Assembly: GCF_041146345.1 (NCBI RefSeq)
Contig: NW_027191417.1
Location: 1,240,001 to 1,304,000, forward strand
Length of the DNA stretch: 64,000 nt
Reading direction: 5' to 3'
Source of the DNA: Neodothiora populina
Taxonomy: Eukaryota
The number at the start of each line of letters is the position of its first letter. Within the stretch, counting starts at the first letter, position 1. The notes beneath the pieces are model-generated. The model saw only the letters and a program-made list of their open reading frames with translations. It searched no databases and was not told the DNA's origin. Positions 50,193-62,671 of this stretch are shown piece by piece. Position numbers and translations under genes: made by a program.

Positions 50193-51183
50193 CTAGACGA
50201 ACAGTGCAAAAAGGCCTCCAGCAGCAACGAACGCCACAGGAACGACGTCAAGCGAAGACGCAGCACCAGTATTCGTGCCTGTCGCCGCGCTCCCAGACGC
50301 AGTTCCAGACGCAGAAGACCCAGCCGTCGTGCTCGACGCCGCAGTAGCACTGCTTGCACTACTTCCCTTGCTCGAAGTCGGCGTCGCAGTCGCGCTGCTC
50401 ACGCTAGAAGTCGTCGTGGGTCTGGACACGCCGGGACATTTCATGATGCACGACTTCATCGTGCTCTGGGCGTCGCTGCCGGACGTCTTGTCCTGCGGGT
50501 ATGAGTCCATGGCACACTTGCGCGCGCAGGAGTATGCTGAGCAGGGCAGGTCGTCGGCGGGCCATAGGGGTGCGCCTTGGAGAGTGTTTTCGTATGCTGA
50601 CCAGTTGCCTGTCGCGGCGGTTAGGTTGAAGGTGTCTGAGGAGGTTGTTTTGGTGTTGTTGTAGTCGACGTCTTCGGATGAGGCGTTGGAGTGGTATTCG
50701 ATTGTCGAGAGGGAGTAGAAGGAGCCGTCCGGGCCAAAGTCTGGCGGGATGGAGAGGTCGGAGAGGGTCAGAGTTGTGGTTGAGGTTGTGTTTCCTAGGT
50801 AGCCTGGATTATCTTTTGTCAGTATGTCTTTGGTCTTTTTACATGATTGTTTCCATTGCGGCATTGCATTCAAACTGTTCTTCTCTTGCTTATAGGTCTA
50901 TTCGCTTCGAATGAAGTACATAAGATGTGACCTTAGTTCCTCTCACATCTCTCTTTGTGGGTGTATATAAGAACTTACAGCTAGGTCCACCCTTGTAACC
51001 AGGAGGAGTGGTGTCAAGGTAGACACGGTATGAAGAGTAAGCGTCATCAGCATCGCCAGCGGTGACTGTGAGAGTGAACTCTTCACCAGCAGTGATGGCA
51101 TCTGGAACTGAGAGAGACTCAAAGGCTTGAGCTGTGGCACCGAGGGTGGCAGCAATGGCTAAATGACGGGTGAAGTGAACCAT
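50193..51183 (-). CDS. Small secreted Cys-containing, probably GPI-anchored protein; intron 50804-50978
   Basis: Signal peptide MVHFTRHLAIAATLGATAQA, GGPSC|YLGN splice, LPCSAYSCARKC...SCIMKCPG, S/T-rich stalk, hydrophobic tail VVPVAFVAAGGLFALFV. Confidence 0.85.
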
Positions 51184-53913
51184 TTTGGGGAAGAAGAAAT
51201 TGGTGTGCAGAAAGGATTGGTATAGGGTATTGTGACAGATATACAGACACGAGAGAAACGAGGGTAAGAAGGGAAAAGAGCGGTATTCAACGACTTGAAT
51301 GAATGATACTTTGGTGGTGAGAGATGCCCCGAAGACTAGTGATTACTATACTGACCGAGGAGAGGTCCGACCGACACTATGGCGATCACAAAGTACTTGT
51401 AGGTGAGGGGAGAAAGCACAGAAGGTCGGAAACAAATAAACCTGTACTTGTATATTTGTTAATGGTGAATAGAAACAGTACCAAGTAAAATAGATGAAAG
51501 TACTCTGTATATCACCAAATGTCTTTCTTTAGTGAGCCAAACACTGACATAGGCGCCATGTTCAAAGCGCCGGGGTGTCTCGCACTGGACCATTCAAGAC
51601 CTAAGCGAAAGCTTAGTTTTTGCGCTAAGCAATCCTGTGGCGGTCAGGCACCGGTAAAACAGGCCGGACTGGCATGATTTCTCCCACCTTGGTCATAGTC
51701 GAGGAGATTATTAGTTCCAATGGGGACATGCCAATTTAATCAAAGAGGCGGGAAGTCGCAAGTATTGTGCCATGACTGAGCCTAGCCTCAGTCCATTATC
51801 AAGAAATGTGCGTGCCAGACGGGTTGTTGCACTTGCGAAAAAAGGTCTAGCTTTAGAGACATCGCTCCAGGGATGCTAGTCCTCGAAAGACCACCCGCCG
51901 CCTTTCTTTCAAGTACTTAGCCGCCGTCCAAATCTCGCGGGAGACAGAGTTTCATAAGCTTGAGGTCAAAGTCCGATGAAACGGTCGAGTGTTGCTTGCG
52001 ATCCTATGCGCTTTGGCGTTTGTCAGACGACGAAATAATCGGTCGTTGCAACCAGATCGAAGAATGGTCCAACAATAGCCGGGCACGCGGGCAACCCTGT
52101 CGGAACGAGGCTCTACCGCTCGGGATTGTTCGTAGCGTATGCTTGCAAGCAAGAATAGCGAATCCACTCATGTGGGAACAGAAAGATTTCATCTCCCAGT
52201 CGGCTATTCGCAGCTTGGTGCCACTTTTATTGCATGATCAAACACTGTTGCTGCTGTGGTTGTAAGTTCTTCACACTTCGAATCAGCCCTGTGTGTGAGA
52301 CTTGAGAACGTTCCTGCATATGTCTCCCATGTCAGATCGACAGGGTATGACTGAGGTCGCCGTTGCCAGCATCTGGAGTTTGGCTGGGGCAGATGGCCAG
52401 GTGCGGGTGACCGACGAACCGCGCAACGGAGATTGCAAGAATTGGACCGAGTAGATGGCTCACATCGCAGGGCGGACTGAATCGTCCAAACAGTGGATCC
52501 GAGTGGGGTAGGCGAGCTTGAGAAATTTCTTGAGCAACATGTACTTGTAACCAGCGAAAGAACAAAAATGCAAGAAAAGGTCACACCTCGGCCGTCCATT
52601 CATCGTCATGGCTATCGCCTTGGATACCAAAGGTCATTCATCGCAATCCTACCACTTGTGCCTAGACAGTGATACTCCCAACTATCGATTAGCTAGAGTC
52701 TTGACGCATACCCATACGAGCAGCTGACACGAGAACATGCATACATGCGATGAGTCTCTGCCCCGGAAACAGTATCGTGCTTCAAGCGTCCGCTACGTTG
52801 GCTCCAGCGCAAACAATTTCACGACATTCAAGAGATACAACGGATAGCAGCATTGCAACATGCGTGTGAAGCAAGGTGCAGGCATTATCATCAATCATGG
52901 TCTCGTGATGTGCACGCAGAACCGGGTTGGCTTCCCTGGAACAGCAGCAGCAACGTGCAGCTGGGAGTAAGTACGATCGATGTTATAGCGATTTTTATCG
53001 GAAGACAAGGCACGCAACAGGCGTGCATGCAGTCTTGCAAGACTTTCGCTGTGCTGAAGATGACTACCTTTCAGCTGCGACTTGGGTCTTTGTTAATAAG
53101 ATTCCGAGAGTATGAGATGGTAAGGTGCAAGCGTATAGCTGCGACCAACAGGGATCAGTGAATAGGCCAATTGCATCTGAGTAGGACATAAGTAAAGGTG
53201 CACTTTGTTCCGCGGTACCATATGGACTAGGCGATCGACTACTGTATGTAGAGCTGAGCGCAAGGTTCCTTGACATTTGCAACAGTAAACGCTTTGAGGT
53301 GCATGACATTGGGGCTTACTTGAAGACCAGTCACTTACTATGGAGCACTTTCCGGGAAGGTATAACAGCAACGGCGCGGGGTATCCAAGATGACTACAGG
53401 TCTAAAGTAAGGTAAGGTAGTCAATGACAACAGGACGGGATTATGATCAAAGCAAGTCGTCATTGTCATGGTACGCAAGTAGGTATCGGAAAAGACATCG
53501 TTTGTCTGCTTCATTGCAAAATGTCCAGCCATCGAACGCTGAGCATTGTTGCCAAGTCAATGCAATGTCCAACCACTCGAACACAAAGCGTATGCAAAGC
53601 GGTTACCCAGCGATGTACTCGCATTGTCAGAATCGAAGATATGCTATGAAGAAATTGGTAACAAGCGTTTCAATGAGAAGAAGCTGGCTGCCTGGCTGCC
53701 TGGACAGAGAATTCGGCAAAGGTCTTGGCGCAAAAAGAACTTGGCGTCAGAGGTCGACAGGGTCTCAGAAAATTATTCGAAGCAACGGAAGCTGCCAGAA
53801 CATAGAAAGAAGAGAACTCTGAGGCTTTTCAATTGATCAAAGAACCAACCCATATCACCTCCTTCTTCGTGTTTTTATTACACGAATACAACAGACCCCT
53901 TCACATACACATC

Positions 53914-54634
53914 ATGGCCAAGGACCGATCGGAGAAGAAGGAGAAGAAGGAGAAGCGCAAGTCGGTAGACGGAGTCAAGAAAGAGAAGAAGGAAAAGCGC
54001 ACCAGCGATGCCACCGCAATCCTGAACGCCGTCGAGGATGTCGCCGTCGATGCCGACGGTGATGTTGTTGTCGATGTCGAGGTTGATACCGCCGCTGCCA
54101 CTGTCCCTCTAGGCGCTCTTGTGCCTTTCGCGAACCCATTGTGCGACGACAAGGCCGGCAAGAAGGTGCTCAAGTCCGTCAAGAAGGGTACGTCTCCTTC
54201 CTGTAGCTATGCAGCGTATAAAGAAAGAACATCCGAACTGACTCACAACTCTAGCCGCCAAGCAAAAGTGCCTCAAGCGTGGTGTCAAGGAAGTCGTCAA
54301 GGCAGTCCGCAAGACCCCCGTCGGAAACCCCACCACCCCTGCCTCGGCGCTTCCCTCTGGAATCGTTGTTCTCGCAGCCGACATCTCTCCCATGGATGTC
54401 ATCTCTCACATCCCCGTCTTGTGCGAGGACCACAACATTCCTTACGTCTTCTTGACCTCGCGCGCCGAGCTCGGCGCCGCAGGTAGCACAAAGAGACCTA
54501 CCAGTGTCGTCATGGTCACCCCCAAGGCCGGTGGCAAGCCCAAGGCCGGCGACGAGGTCGATGCCGACTGGGACGAGGCTTACAAGGAGTTGAACAAGCT
54601 CGTTGTCAAGCAGGGCCAGCACGTCAAGGTTTAG
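53914..54634 (+). CDS. NHP2: H/ACA snoRNP subunit Nhp2 (L7Ae family); exons 53914-54187, 54255-54634
   Basis: LVPFANPL...KKVLKSVKK|AAKQKCLKRGVKEVVKAVRK, LAADISPMDVISHIPVLCEDHNIPYVF, LGAAGSTKRPTSVVM. Confidence 0.95.
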
Positions 54635-55425
54635 AGGCAGAATTGAAGGTCTCGCCTTGTTAACGAAAAGGAAGCATCGCGCGTTCGGTTTCAGCAAAAA
54701 AGGTTCTTGTTCGATTATGAGTAAAGCAGGAAGAGATATTGAACGGAGAGGCTTTGTCTTGAACACGTTGAGCAGCAGAGGGAAATGGGTTTGCGCTGCT
54801 GCTGCGAGCATTGACATAATTTCTTTTATATCGTTCAGGTGTCTTCGTTTAGGGGATACGGCTTGCATTGTGAGTCTGGCGTTTTTTTAGGGCGATTGAT
54901 ATAAACGGGGCAAAAAAAGACCATGGGATGCAAGGAAGATGAAGAAAAGAGAAGAGAGATATTCTCGTCTGCCTTTGACAGCAGTTACAACAAGTCTTTT
55001 ATTGACCAGAGAATTCCGCGTATGACAAAAAACTTCAAAGCATTACCGCACCTTCCACTTCATATTCGACGTAATAGTATCTCAAATCAGGTGCTCTGTG
55101 CTGTGTCCTGTCGATTGAACTGCCTTCATAAGAGGAAGGCACGTCAGGAAAGCGAACGGCATTAAGGTATGTGCAGCCACCGTTGCAACAGGGCCGGATC
55201 CTTTTCAGGTGCGTGTAGTATTAAAAACGAAAAGACCATGTGTCTCGTCTGGGCCACTCCTGACCAAAACCCCCCACCAGGTGACCATCCCGGACACGAG
55301 CAACCCATAATAGAAGGTATTCGAAACCAGTAATATCTCGGACAGTAAACCATGAAAACGCCATGCTAAGAGCTCTCCCTGGGGTATCGTTCTGTTCCGC
55401 TTGTTGATGCCGTATGTAATCCACC

Positions 55426-56685
55426 TTATGACTCTGTTGATGCCCCCGCCGCATCGCTTGATTGAGTTGGCGTCGGCGACGATGATGAAGAAGATGACGA
55501 CGACGAAGAGGAAGAGGAAGAAGGAGGCGATTTGTCAATCTTCAATTTCTCCAGAATGACCCTTATGCCCTCGCCTGTGCCATCGCCGCCGTCTAGCTCG
55601 TCCACCATTGTCAGGGCTTTCTTCGTCAAGCCGCGTAACACCCTACGTGTGTAGGCGAAGCTACCTGTCTTCTCCATGTAGGACAGCGCATACCGCTTGA
55701 CGACTTCGTCTTGGGTCTTTTGCTTCAGGATGTTGATGAGAACCAAGTTACTTGGGTCCGAGCGGATGCTGTGAATTACGGGAAACGAGAACTTGCCCTC
55801 GGTGAGGTCTTCACATAGACCTTTGTTGACCGTGTAGCTTGTGTCGGAAAGGTTGCGATAGTCGTCTTGGATCTGGAAGATCAGACCCATTGTATTGACA
55901 AGCGGCACACAGTCCACATCACTGCTGCTCCCGACCTGCATGAGCTTGATGGCAAGACGGAAGAGACCTCCGGTCTTGTTGCCCACCATTTCCAGATAAT
56001 CGTCTTCGGAGGGACACGTCAGCGTGTCGCGCCAGAAGAGATCCATGCCCTGGCCACGATGAAGATTCAACAACTCGTCCGTATATATCTTGACTGCGCT
56101 GGGGTTGTCGAGTTTGAACAGCTCCTGCAGGGCGCAAAAATAGACATAGTTGGCCGAATTTATCGTCTGCGCTGTGCCAAAGATGTTGTGCGCGACAGGC
56201 ACACCACGCCGTAGCACTGACGAGTCCTCGACATCATCTATTAACAACGAGGCGGTATGTAGCATGCCAACGACTTTGGTGATGATGGCCAGACTCTCGT
56301 CTGGCACTTTCAGCCACACGTTGAATGCGGCTATGAATTGTGATCTGACATCCTTCCCCGGATGACCGTACATGTAGTCAAACGGCCCAAGCAGAACCTT
56401 CTCTTTATCATCCGACCACGTTCCATTCCACTGGTAGATCTGATCCTCGGGAATGCTGGACACAGTGTCTGATCGCGTCGGGGCGCGGACAGGGTGTGGT
56501 GTCGAGGAAGCGTCGTTGTGGTATGGCACGCCATCACCAGACGAGTAGTTCATCGGGTCGTCGACTCGAAAGGGCTTTTGAGAGCTGCCATGGCCGTTCA
56601 GACCATTGGTGTTGTGGGTTGTGCTTTTCTGTGCGAACTGTGGAGATGGTGATAATGCGCCTGCAGAGGCGTCTGTCGAGACCAT
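55426..56685 (-). CDS. Geranylgeranyl diphosphate synthase (Bts1/al-3 type), single exon
   Basis: [26 protein letters not shown] (FARM), [26 protein letters not shown] (SARM), [14 protein letters not shown]. Confidence 0.95.
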   Translation of the reverse strand: MVSTDASAGALSPSPQFAQKSTTHNTNGLNGHGSSQKPFRVDDPMNYSSGDGVPYHNDASSTPHPVRAPTRSDTVSSIPEDQIYQWNGTWSDDKEKVLLGPFDYMYGHPGKDVRSQFIAAFNVWLKVPDESLAIITKVVGMLHTASLLIDDVEDSSVLRRGVPVAHNIFGTAQTINSANYVYFCALQELFKLDNPSAVKIYTDELLNLHRGQGMDLFWRDTLTCPSEDDYLEMVGNKTGGLFRLAIKLMQVGSSSDVDCVPLVNTMGLIFQIQDDYRNLSDTSYTVNKGLCEDLTEGKFSFPVIHSIRSDPSNLVLINILKQKTQDEVVKRYALSYMEKTGSFAYTRRVLRGLTKKALTMVDELDGGDGTGEGIRVILEKLKIDKSPPSSSSSSSSSSSSSSSPTPTQSSDAAGASTES

Positions 56686-57635
56686 TCTTTCCAGCTCCCA
56701 GGGTCTCGATAGATCAACCTCGAAGAGCTATCTATACCACTTTGCTGATTCCTGACACACTCGAGTCCTTGCGCTGCTTCCCTTGTAAGACAGAAGAACG
56801 TGTCGAGACCCAGGCAACAATATTACAGTACAATAGACTTCCCGCATGTAGCCGCGTGACGCAAAGCCTGTGAACGACGACGAGAGGTAGTTTCTCGTCG
56901 GGTAACAATTGATGGGGTTATTATATCTTTGTTACCCAGAAACGACAATGTATTTCCCCTCTTCTCCAGATGTATCAGTCCCGAACGGGTCAGCAGACGA
57001 CGATGCAAGTAGCCGTATATGCTCTATAGCGCTGTATAAGAAAAGAGGGGTTGCGAACCAGCTACCTATTATCTACAGTACATCTACGTAACACACCAAG
57101 AAACGATTCTTCCTTCTACTCCGCTCTCACATGTGAAAATCGCTTGGGACTTGGGAATATGATCAGAGGAAGGGCCCCGCATCCTGACCCCCCAAGCCCT
57201 GGGCGCCGATGTCGACTACCGGCTCAGCTCATCCGCCTATATTCGCTGTATATAGCGCCGGTTTCCAACGTGTATTGTACTATTCGGTCTGCGTTTGCCA
57301 AACTCGAATGATTCTTCGTCTGAAAGCATCATTTGTGGATTGTGCCTTGGCCTATCTTGGCCTACCCATCTTGTGAATATCCTATTAATAGCCGTGAAAA
57401 GGGCTCTGTACATTCACTTCGTGATGATGAATGAATGATGCATTTCCTGGCACTTTCATCGTATAAATACGCGTCGTCCAATTGCACTACCACTACGAGC
57501 ATGGACGGCAACATTACGAGTGAGCCCAGAACGTGCTCATTGCAACCACTAAGCAAAAGAAAAAGTGCTACGCAGAATGTCATCTTGTGAAGTAGCAAAA
57601 GTACAAAAAGAGGAGCGACAGCTTGATTTAGGAAT

Positions 57636-57718
57636 AGCCGAAGGCGGGGCTCGAACCCGCGACCTTGAGGTTGTCTCTACGTAAGAGCCACACGCTCTAC
57701 CGATTGAGCTACCCCGGC
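57636..57718 (-). tRNA. tRNA-Lys(CTT) with 10-nt intron (57672-57681)
   Basis: GCCGGGG TA GCTC AATCGGTA GAGC G TGTGG CT CTT A [CGTAGAGACA] A CCTCA AGGTC GCGGG TTCGAGC CCCGC CTTCGGC T. Intact A and B boxes. A T5 Pol III terminator lies ~27 nt downstream. Confidence 0.93.
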
Positions 57719-60125
57719 AAGGTCAGATCTAGTCTTCTTTGAAGACTGGCTGCTGTTCGCTGATGGAATCGCGATGTCTGTAGGTATATATATCTCAGAC
57801 ATGTGCTCTCAGTATTATCACGAAGGATCTGGTCACGTTGCAGCGACCCTTCACCTACTTTTACCGTGCCAATAATCTCATGGAATGCAAACAGGTCATG
57901 ATCATGGCTGTCCACTGAACGGGTTCGCCGGTTCCATTCGTCAGAAAGAGTTTCTCCAATTGCTTATCGACTGCTGTAAGTCAGTCAGGGGTTAACCGCA
58001 AGTTATGTATGTCTCAGAAAGCGATACAACAGGTGTCCGAGTCGACACGCAAGCTATTTCTTACATAACATCCCACAATTGCACGCGGGGATACTTTGAG
58101 ATACAGATAACGGGAAATTGATCATCAATCATGATACTCAGACGGCTAGTGATTGTAGGTGGCTTCGGCGAATTCATGTCGGCGTTCTGTCTCGGTTCGT
58201 GCAAACCGTTCAACCGACCCTTTGTACAAAACACTGGTTCAGCGCATCGTGATCGTATCTGGTGTGACGAGGAAGGAGGTCAGTCCACAACCTTGTTTGA
58301 GAGTTGCGGGAGGCTGCCTCGTTGCGCGCGTATTCAATCGTGTCACTTGGCGAGATTCGGCGCTACTCAAGCCAGGAGGAGGTCTTGCTAGTTGCTCTTC
58401 GCGACATATCATCTTATCAGACTCGGCACAGTCGAGTGTGAGGACGGCTATCGTCGGATCAGTATTGATCTAGATTTCATGCCCAGCACATGCATATTCA
58501 TCACGCGAGCATATATTGTTCACCACGAGCACTGTAATCCTCCATATATCGATTTGCGGGGTTGATCTGGAGATGCTCCAATCCCATAACCATCATATGT
58601 GCACGGTTCTGTCCCTATGTTGTTCTTATGTAATAGTTTGCGTAGGAATAAACGTGTCGTGGTCGGCTAGTATCAAGTGCTCCCCGCCCCTCGAAGTTTG
58701 GAGAGAATATGAGTTTACTCCAGGAAGTACAGTAGCAAAAGAACGTGCGGTGGGGCCGCTGGTCCATTGAATCATGTGTCGTCGCTCATACGAGACCATC
58801 AACCGCCAGATACAAGTACCATTGACATTTACTTCTGTGCCTTTTGCTTCTTGCTTCAACGATTATCATCTCCTTGAAAAACTCGGTGCGGGTGGCGATC
58901 TGCGACATGATGTAGCCGTGCAGCTGCTTGCGAGTTTTTTTTTCTGTTCTACATCCCAAAGCAGTCTTTGCGTTATCGTACGAGGTATCGTATAAAGTAC
59001 TTGAAGAAGGTACTGCGCTACATTCATATCAGATTGGAATATCCAATGCAACGCGCCAATCGGGAACACCGTGCAATGTGGCCCTAGCAGTAGCGAATGT
59101 GTCCATGCTTGGTAGTCGTTGAGACAAGCTCGACAAGTGATTGGTTGACATTGGCATGAGCTTATCTTTCTGCCCTGATATCTCCAGACATGGTAACTGT
59201 ATGGTCGCGTAAATTCTTCTGTGCATCAGGGCCTTCCAGAACGTCTCCAAAGTTGGCTGCAGTCTTGCCTGGGGTAACGGTATGCAACCCGATACAACAC
59301 AAGATTAGCCAGATCTTTCTATTTCGCAGGGGTAATGCCAACCCTTTCGCCCTCACTGTCACAAAATCATATATAATACGAAAGCGTAAAACTTGCACCG
59401 GCGACCTCCCAATAGCCCTATCGTAGTGGAGACGGGAACGCTCAGATGGGGAACATCGTGGTACTTCCAGATAGCAAGGTTACAAGATGATCTTGCGATT
59501 GAGAGTGTTCGACGAGTAGCTCTTGGATGATGCGCGAGTGGCAAACTTGCAATTGAAGGCAAATGCGACTGTAGGACCTTGAAGATCTCGAAATGTCACG
59601 GGATGCGTGGCGACTGACGGATCAGATACCGAGGCGCAAAAACCAATTATGCAAAGTCAAGGACGTACCAATCGTGAGTGTCGCGTGCCTGAATACCATC
59701 TTCATGCCGTCCAAGCAACGCAATTGAAAGTATAATCAAGCATATATTTTCGTCCTGTGAGTGGTTCGCGTTGTGCCACTATCTGACAATGTAAGCTAGC
59801 CGCAGCTGCGCGCCTTTTGAGTTTCCGCTATGCCCAGTCCAGGCCTCCGGGGTTCGCAATGGACCGTAGCACAGGGCAAATATGCGATACCAATAGGCGC
59901 TTGGGGCATCTATGCTTTTTGGTGAATGTGAGCGACCGGTGGTCTCGCCTTGCTCCCTTCGTTGAGTATCATATAAGATTGATGAATGCCCACGAGGTTC
60001 GAGTGGCATCCAACCACCAATCCTATCTTCTGACCAACCCTCATTCGTTCATAGGGTGTCAAAGAGACTATTAGTCTCACCCATCGTCGTTCACTCCTTT
60101 ATCAGTCTCTAGGACAACCAACACG

Positions 60126-61842
60126 ATGTCAGTCTACGAGGAGAAGCCCGACTATAACGTCGAGGCCACAACCGTGTCCAGCGGCGAGAAGGACAACCGA
60201 GATGGTCACAAAGCCATCGGCGAAGCTGCCGATCTCTATGGCGATATCCAGACTGCTGAGACTTATGGCTACGTCGAGAGGGGTCTGAAATCCCGTCACA
60301 TCCAGTTCATCGCCCTTGGTGGTACCATTGGTACTGGTCTGTTCCTGGGTATCGGAAGTGCTTTTGCTCGCGCTGGTCCTCTTTCTGTCCTCCTTGGTTA
60401 CTCTGGTACTGGTGTCGCCATCTGGGCCATGATGCAATGTCTTGGTGAGATGGCTACATGGTTGCCTCTCCCTGGTGCTATTCCTCAATACTGCGCTCGT
60501 TATGTCGATCCTGCTATGGGATTTGTAAGTTGAATCCTCTCCATCATGCAAGGCTTAAGCTAATGACGTATAGGCTGTCGGTTGGAACAACTGGTACAAC
60601 AGTGCCATCACTCTTTGTGCTGAGATTTCTGCCGCCGCCATTGTCATTGGATTCTGGAATGATGAGATCAACCAGGCGGCGTGGATCTCCATCATCATTG
60701 TACTTGTCATCTGCCTCAACATCTTCGCCGTCTCCATCTACGGAGAAGCCGAGTTCATTTTCGCCAGTATCAAGATCGTGACCATCGTCGGTCTGCTCCT
60801 TGTCGCACTCGTCATCGACCTTGGCGGTGCTCCTAGCCATGACCGTCTCGGCTTCCGTTACTGGAAGAACCCTGGCGCCATGAAGGAGTACATTGGTGTT
60901 GGCAGCACTGGTCGTTTCCTCGGTCTTTTCTCCACCCTCGTCAACGCCGCTTTCTCCTACGGTGGTGTCGAGATGGTCGCTGTCGCCGCTGGTGAGGCTG
61001 AGAACCCCAGGAAGAACATCCCCAAGGCCATCCGCCGTGTCTTCTGGCGTATTCTTTTCTTCTACGTTCTTGGTTCCCTTGCCATTGGCGTCTGCGTTCC
61101 TTCCAACGCTCCGGATCTCCTTCACGGTGGTGCTGGTGCTGCCCACTCCCCCTGGGTCATCGCCATCTACCGCGCTGGTATCCCCGTTCTTCCCCACATC
61201 ATCAACGCCGTCATCTTGACTTCCGCCTCTTCCTCAGCCAACGCTTTCCTCTACAGCGGCTCCAGATACCTTTTCGCCCTTTCCCAGAACGGTCAAGCAC
61301 CCAAGGTCTTCCTCAAGTGCTCCAAGACCGGTGTCCCATACTACGCAGTCATGCTCACCGCGTCCATCTCCCTTCTCACTTACATGAGTGTGTCATCAGG
61401 TGCCAACAACGTCTTTGCTTGGTTCCAGAACCTTACCACCATTGCCAATCTCTTCACCTGGGTCTCCATTTGCGTTGCATACATCCAGTACCGCAAGGCA
61501 CTCATTGCCCAGGGTGTGAACCGTAACGACCTTGTCTTCAAGGGCAGGTTCCAGCCATACACTGCATACTTCGCTCTCTTCTACTTCGTCATCATCATCC
61601 TTTTCAACGGGTTTGCCGTGTTCACTCGTGGCAACTGGGCCGTTTCAGACTTTGTCACCGCATACGTCGGTATCCCCATCTACTTCGCTCTCTACGCTTT
61701 CTGGCGCATTTTCAAGCGCACCAGCTTCGTCAAGCCTGAGAACGCTGATATCTGGACTGGCAAGGCTGCACTTGATGCTGAGGTCTGGCCTGAGCAAGTC
61801 CCCAGAAACTTCATCGAGAAGGTCTGGTTCTGGATTGCTTAG
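60126..61842 (+). CDS. Amino acid permease (APC/YAT family); exons 60126-60524, 60574-61842
   Basis: RGLKSRHIQFIALGGTIGTGLF, LGEMA, YGEAEF, GFRYWKNPG, AAFSYGGVEMVAVAAGEAENPRKNIP, INAVILTSA. Substrate not determinable. Confidence 0.95.
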
Positions 61843-62671
61843 ATGTCAATGAAAGACATGAATGATAATGTATATATGGGTCAGGTTTTGTCCTGGGGAG
61901 CGCACTATGATATCCCTGTCGTTACAGTTGATAAAAAACTTGTAGAACACAGACGAAAAATGATTATTTCAGTACTAGATTACTTTACCTTCTATATTTG
62001 CTCCAATTCGTGACATAAGTGCTTGAGAGTATAGGTTCTACATGTCTCGCCAATTGCTTTGTGAAGCTAAGTCTCTGGAGTCGCCTTCAAATGCCGGTGG
62101 CACAGCCCCAGACAATGTTCCCAACACTGGCACCAGGACAGACCACCTTGCATGTCATTGTCCATTAATATTGAAATCGTGTGCGATATAGTAAGATAAT
62201 TTCGATCGACCGGAGTTGCAACTGAAGTAAAGAAAGGCAGAGACGACGGTGCTTGAATGTGTCACGAAGCCACGGTCGAATAATGTCATAGCTTTACTTC
62301 ACGTTTGACATAGGGCGTGAGTAGGTAGCTGGACATGACGCGCGACACCGATTGCGGCGGCAACTACGAGGTCACATTGGTTGGCTGAGGGCTTGAATCA
62401 GGTATTCGCAATGTTCTGTTGGTTTTGTGTTGCGAGCAGTGCTGTGCTTGTCTGATTCTGCGGCTGCCCATCTGGTTATATTGAGTCAGTCAAGCACTAG
62501 GGAGATCGGATTATTCCACGCTCCACGCGGTTGCCGGTCTTCCGCGTGTGATGCATGCATGATAACTAATCAAGCAGCGTCTTTACTCGAAGATAACGCA
62601 TCAAATGAATCCTTCAAGAGCATGCAGGAGCTTAGGAATCATTACATTCGTCCATCTCATCTTACACGTAT

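Noticed and set aside
51631..51643. AATCCTGTGGCG, resembling a group IE intron core motif
   Set aside because: The other core elements (upstream P4 partner and the P7 strands) are absent.
53305..53322. ACATTGGGGCTTACTT, resembling the RNase MRP CR-V motif
   Set aside because: No upstream CR-I partner (GAAAGTCCCC-like) to form helix P4.
55426..56685. GGPP synthase as the core of a diterpene cluster
   Set aside because: Neighbours are NHP2, a tRNA and a permease. No cyclase or P450 is present.
57975..58065. TGTAAG...CTTACA inverted ends near the tRNA, considered as a solo LTR or MITE
   Set aside because: Only 6-bp ends, 91 bp long, no target-site duplication and no second copy in the window.
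59290..59310. CGATACAACACAAGATTAGC, resembling the U6 snRNA core
   Set aside because: The invariant ACAGAGA box is broken and the flanks do not resemble U6.
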